Shown here piece after piece: positions 60,139 through 64,000 of a stretch of DNA of 64,000 bases; position 1 is the stretch's first letter; each line of letters starts with the position of its first letter. The notes beneath the pieces are model-generated. The model made no database searches. It saw nothing but the letters and a program-made list of their open reading frames with translations, and was not told where the DNA came from. The position numbers and the translations under genes were made by a program. This stretch comes from Nitrososphaerota archaeon (GTDB taxonomy: Archaea > Thermoproteota > Nitrososphaeria_A > Caldarchaeales > Wolframiiraptoraceae). The DNA lies in the NCBI GenBank assembly GCA_021159365.1, contig JAGGRY010000001.1, forward strand, positions 7,543-71,542, in the 5' to 3' direction.

Positions 60139-61776
60139 TTATTCAAAGCTTGATTCAGGTCCACCTTTCCCCGGCTTTGTCTCCTTACGTCTAGCTGCGG
60201 CGATGACGTCATCTATTCTTAGGATCATGGCCGCCGCCTCGAATCCGCTCTTCAACGCCTGCTCCTTCACTTTCAGCGGCTCTATCACTCCAACCTTGAA
60301 CATGTCTTGAACCTTTCCGGAGAATACCTCAATTCCATATCCGTGCTGTCCGCTCTCATGTTTGGTTCTAAGCTCGGTTAAGATCTCAACGGGTTCAAGA
60401 CCTGAGTTCTCGGCGAGGATTCTCGGTATCATCTCTAGGGTTTCAGCGAAGGCCAACATGGCCAGCTGTTCTTTTCCAGGATATTTTGGAGCTTCCTTCT
60501 TTATCACCGACGCCAAGGCCATTTCAGTGGCTCCTCCTCCTGGAACATATTTCATGTTCTGAATCAACGAGATTAGATTCATTATCGCATCATTCAATGC
60601 TCTCTCGGCTTCGTCTAATTGTCTCTCAAGTCCAGCTCTAATCAATATGGAGACGGATTTAGGATTCTTACAGTCTTTCACGAAGACCATCCTATCTTCT
60701 CCAATCTTCCTCTCCTCAACGACTCCCGCAGTTCCAAGATCGTTTGGAGTTAAGTCATCGAAATTAGTGACTATCTTTGCTCCAGTTGCTCTTGAGAGTT
60801 TCTCCATATCGGAGCTCTTGATCCTCCTCACGCCTAGTATTCCAGCCTTGGCCATGAAGAATTGCGCGACGTCATCTATACCCTTCTGGCATAAGACTAC
60901 GTTTGCTCCAACACTAACAACTTTATCGACCATCTCCTTCAGAATTCTGGTCTCCTCATCTAAGAACTCCTTCATCTTTAATGGGTCTCGAATCCTTATC
61001 TCTGCGCTGAACTCCGTCTTTTCGATCTCGAAGGGAGCATTTATCAAGGCTATCTTAGCGTTTACTATTCTCTTCGGCATCGCTGAGTGAACTACTTCCT
61101 TATCGATTACTACCCCATTTATGAGCTCGCTTTCAAGCAAGCTCCTACCCATCTTCTTAACTATCTGAATGTTATCCTTATCCGCGTATAGTCTTCCATC
61201 TCTCTCCTCAATTATTCTCAAGACAGCTTCCAATGCGAGATCTGCGATATGCTCTTTTGCGAATCCAAGAGATTTGCTAGCGAGAGATGTTAGCAAGATC
61301 TTCTTAAGGGTCTCTTTATCCTCAAGCTTCACCGGCTTGGCGATCTTCTCAAGATGCTGCACCGCTATATCGAGAGCTCTCTTGTATCCTGTTATGATTG
61401 TGCTCGGGTGGATCTTCTGCTCGATCAATTCCTCTGCACGCTTAAGGAGTTCTCCCGCCAAGATCACAACCGTCGTCGTTCCATCTCCCACCGTGTTATC
61501 CTGAGCCTTAGCAGTCTCTATGAGCATCTTCGCAGCAGGATGTTCAACGTCCATCTTGTCTAGGATTGTTGCTCCATCGTTCGTGACCACGACATCTCCG
61601 ATGGTGTCCACAAGTATCTTGTCCATCCCCTTAGGCCCTAAGGTCGTCCGAACGATCTCGGAGATTATCTTCGCAGCGGCTATATTATTTCTCTGAGCGG
61701 CTTTTCCCCTAGTTCTAGTAGTTCCCTCTTTCAGGACTATTACAGGCTGACCGCCAGCTCTTGAAACGTAAGCCAT
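60139..61776 (-). CDS. ths: thermosome subunit (group II chaperonin)
   Basis: [28 protein letters not shown] motifs, 545 aa. Confidence 0.9.
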   Translation of the reverse strand: MAYVSRAGGQPVIVLKEGTTRTRGKAAQRNNIAAAKIISEIVRTTLGPKGMDKILVDTIGDVVVTNDGATILDKMDVEHPAAKMLIETAKAQDNTVGDGTTTVVILAGELLKRAEELIEQKIHPSTIITGYKRALDIAVQHLEKIAKPVKLEDKETLKKILLTSLASKSLGFAKEHIADLALEAVLRIIEERDGRLYADKDNIQIVKKMGRSLLESELINGVVIDKEVVHSAMPKRIVNAKIALINAPFEIEKTEFSAEIRIRDPLKMKEFLDEETRILKEMVDKVVSVGANVVLCQKGIDDVAQFFMAKAGILGVRRIKSSDMEKLSRATGAKIVTNFDDLTPNDLGTAGVVEERKIGEDRMVFVKDCKNPKSVSILIRAGLERQLDEAERALNDAIMNLISLIQNMKYVPGGGATEMALASVIKKEAPKYPGKEQLAMLAFAETLEMIPRILAENSGLEPVEILTELRTKHESGQHGYGIEVFSGKVQDMFKVGVIEPLKVKEQALKSGFEAAAMILRIDDVIAAARRKETKPGKGGPESSFE

Positions 61777-62112
61777 CTTTCCACCTCCATTACATTATCC
61801 AATTCTATATTACCATAGGATGGTGAAGTTGAGGCAAATATAAACCTTAATTAATAATGCTGATTTTCACGAAAATATCGGGCGATCGGCGTTCTCTGGG
61901 CAGGTTTTCAGACGCCTTAGACCCATTCCTTTTCACATGCTTATTTAGCTGACACCAATCCAGCATATTTACTAACGATTAAGATGGACACATGCTCATC
62001 TATTGGAATGGGTTCTCGGCGACATGAAGAATTTTTAGGTGAAATCGATTCCTTAATGCAAGTTAGGGGGATATTGACGGAGGCAGATATCTCTCATAAA
62101 TCGGCATGATTA

Positions 62113-62364
62113 CTATTGTGAGGAGTAGTAACCGCGTAGGAGGGTTCTAGCAGCTCTCTCTATATCCTCTCTTCTCACAGTTCTCCTGCCAGCATACTGA
62201 GCTAAGCTATAAGCTTCTCTCGCTATTGCTAATCCAAGTTCCTCGAGGATTTGTCGAAGAGCCTCAGCAGCCTCCTCACTTGCCCTCGCAGCTCCAGCCT
62301 TCTTGATCAGCCTGTGGACAGGTGCTAGAGAAAGCTCGTTCGAGCCCAAGCTCAGGTTCACCAA
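62113..62364 (-). CDS. archaeal histone (histone-fold protein)
   Basis: LAPVHRLIKKAGAARASEEAAEALRQILEELGLAIAREAYSLAQYAGRRTVRREDIERA aligns with the HMfA/B histone fold. Confidence 0.75.
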   Translation of the reverse strand: MVNLSLGSNELSLAPVHRLIKKAGAARASEEAAEALRQILEELGLAIAREAYSLAQYAGRRTVRREDIERAARTLLRGYYSSQ

Positions 62365-62523
62365 GATAGCGTATCTCTTGACATATTTAATAGTTTATTA
62401 ACGGTCCTTGGTCGCCGATGATATGACTCACGGCATTTAGAGATATGCCCTCGGATGATCCTTCAGGGGAATTTTTAGAAAGTTTTATTAGAGAAGGTCG
62501 AGCAGTAGATTTGGTCTGAAGAG

Positions 62524-63348
62524 ATGTGGGAGGAAAAGATTGTATGCCCGCATTGTGGAAGGTTGACCAATAGAGCGCCATATTGCAAATATTGCGGAAA
62601 GCCGTTAAACTCATCGGATATGGAATCGCCTGAAGGAGGAGAAGAGGAATCTAAGAAAACCGAGGAGAAGATCGTGATAGAGAAGGTTAGCGAAGAGGTC
62701 TTGGAGAGAAAGCCCCCGGTTCAAGAGATCTCGGAAGAGCGTAAGATAGTTGAGCAACTTGCAAACGTGTATAATTGGAGGAATAGATTGCTTGAACTCT
62801 TCTTGAATAATGAGGCGTCAGCGGAGGTCTTCATAGACATCTACAAGGAGTATAGAAACAGGATCAAGGCGGTTAACTCTAAGAGGCTTGAGATGATAAA
62901 ATCGCTTGAAGACAGGATTAGTGAATTGAACTCGAAGCTTGAACAGCTTAAGATCAGACATGAGATAGGCGAGGTTCCAGATAAACAATACATAACCGAG
63001 AAGCTCTCAATAGATAGGGAGCTCTCCAAGATAAAGCCCAGGCTAAATATACTTCACAACGCCTTCGACGTCAAGCTCGTGGATCTTCCAGAGTATGAGG
63101 CGAAGATAAGGGAGTTTAGAGATAGGATAAGCTCTGAGGGAACCTCGAAGGGCTTAAGCGATGAAGACGTCAACATGATAGTCTCAGATCTCGATGAGAC
63201 CCTCGAATCCCTGAAAGATTTATTGGAGCTTCATAAGAAACTTAAGAGAGAGCTTGAAAAAATAGAGCTTAGATATAAAGTTGGGGAACTAACAGAAGAA
63301 GAATATCTCGCTGCCAAGCAGAAGATCGAGCGTCAGATGGAAATTTAG
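62524..63348 (+). CDS. zinc-ribbon plus coiled-coil protein
   Basis: CPHCG...CKYCG N-terminal ribbon followed by ~220 aa of heptad-rich helix. Confidence 0.4.
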   Translation: MWEEKIVCPHCGRLTNRAPYCKYCGKPLNSSDMESPEGGEEESKKTEEKIVIEKVSEEVLERKPPVQEISEERKIVEQLANVYNWRNRLLELFLNNEASAEVFIDIYKEYRNRIKAVNSKRLEMIKSLEDRISELNSKLEQLKIRHEIGEVPDKQYITEKLSIDRELSKIKPRLNILHNAFDVKLVDLPEYEAKIREFRDRISSEGTSKGLSDEDVNMIVSDLDETLESLKDLLELHKKLKRELEKIELRYKVGELTEEEYLAAKQKIERQMEI

Positions 63349-63389
63349 GAACCGAATCCTTAAGTCGAGGAACAATCAATTAATCTCAC

Positions 63390-64000
63390 ATGGTTAGGGT
63401 AGTTGTGGTCGCGGTTCCTGGAGCTGGAAAGACCACGATATTAAAGAAGCTCCTCGAGAAAGTCCCTGACTTAAAGGTTGTGAACTTCGGGGACTACATG
63501 TTCGAGGAAGCCAAGAAAGGTTTCGGGATCTCTGACAGAGATGAGATGAGGAGAAGGCTGAAGCCAAGGGATTATAAGTTTCTTCAGGAGAAGGCAGCTG
63601 AAGCAATAGCGAAACTCGATGGAGACTTGATAATAGATACTCACGCGGTGATAAAGACCTCTTTCGGATATTATCCCGGCTTGCCTTCAAGGGTTGTCGA
63701 GATCTTGAACCCAGATGCGATAGTTGTCTTGGAATTTAGACCTGAAGACATACTTCAAAGGAGGCTTAAGGATCTAAAGGCGGAGGAAGGAGTGAAGCGG
63801 CTTAGAGAGATAGAGAAGATTGAAGATGTTCAAGAACATCAGGAGCTTGGAAGGGAAATGGCGATGGCCGCAGCGAATCATGTCTGCTGCTACTTTGCAT
63901 GCTTCAAGTATCTTGAGCCGCAGAAGTATCCATATCAACATGCTGAGGAAGCTGCATCGGCTTTAGCGGAGGTCGTGAAGAAATTTAGAGAGGCTGAGAG
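63390..64000 (+). CDS. adkA: archaeal-type adenylate kinase (AdkA), 3'-truncated by the window edge
   Basis: VVAVPGAGKTT P-loop, DTHAVIKTSFGYYPGLPSRVVEILNPD matching AdkA ([20 protein letters not shown]). The frame is open to the window end. It is not in the ORF track because no stop lies within the window. Confidence 0.8.
   Translation, partial: MVRVVVVAVPGAGKTTILKKLLEKVPDLKVVNFGDYMFEEAKKGFGISDRDEMRRRLKPRDYKFLQEKAAEAIAKLDGDLIIDTHAVIKTSFGYYPGLPSRVVEILNPDAIVVLEFRPEDILQRRLKDLKAEEGVKRLREIEKIEDVQEHQELGREMAMAAANHVCCYFACFKYLEPQKYPYQHAEEAASALAEVVKKFREAE

Noticed and set aside
61984-62115. A 43-codon ORF (MDTCSSIGMGSRRHEEFLGEIDSLMQVRGILTEADISHKSA) in the thermosome-histone spacer.
   Set aside because: Its composition is unremarkable, no RBS or promoter context is evident, and it overlaps the probable histone-gene promoter region. 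Too weak to call.
1-64000. CRISPR arrays, integrases, transposases and toxin-antitoxin pairs.
   Set aside because: No spacer-repeat periodicity, no tyrosine/serine recombinase or transposase-like ORFs, and no small paired ORFs with PIN/RelE-like features were seen.

Overview
This window reads as an archaeal chromosomal segment, probably from a thermophilic TACK/Crenarchaeota-like organism. The genome is roughly mid-40s %GC, but its structured RNA genes are very GC-rich.

Most of the window is core housekeeping:
- Aminoacylation and translation: TrpRS, MetAP, aIF-1A, aIF-6, deoxyhypusine synthase, Pelota, RIO kinase, tRNA-modification enzymes.
- Central metabolism: a non-oxidative pentose-phosphate cluster (transaldolase, Rpe, split transketolase), Acs, Pgk, NadE, Tmk, and a ferredoxin-AOR operon.
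- Chaperones and chromatin: thermosome and a histone-fold protein.
- Replication: DnaG and Orc1/Cdc6.

RNA genes supported directly by the sequence:
- a stand-alone 5S rRNA;
- an SRP (7S) RNA on the minus strand that the ORF track mis-reads as two GC-rich ORFs;
- two intron-containing tRNAs: tRNA-Tyr(GUA) with a 43-nt intron and a probable tRNA-Gly(UCC) with a 15-nt intron.

Two loci stand out:
- A textbook replication origin lies immediately upstream of orc1/cdc6. It has two near-identical 28-bp ORB elements, an inverted ORB containing the canonical TTCCAGTGGAAAC core, a mini-ORB and an AT-rich DUE.
- A crenarchaeal-type archaellum cluster (FlaJ, FlaI, FlaH, two FlaF/FlaG-like genes) has a non-standard layout. 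The archaellin gene is transcribed divergently, two uncharacterised genes sit where FlaX would be, and an extra acidic, membrane-anchored coiled-coil protein trails flaJ.

The accessory-looking stretch at about 19.8-23.2 kb carries three small HTH proteins and an HExxH (DUF4157-like) metallopeptidase. I found no CRISPR arrays, integrases or transposases.
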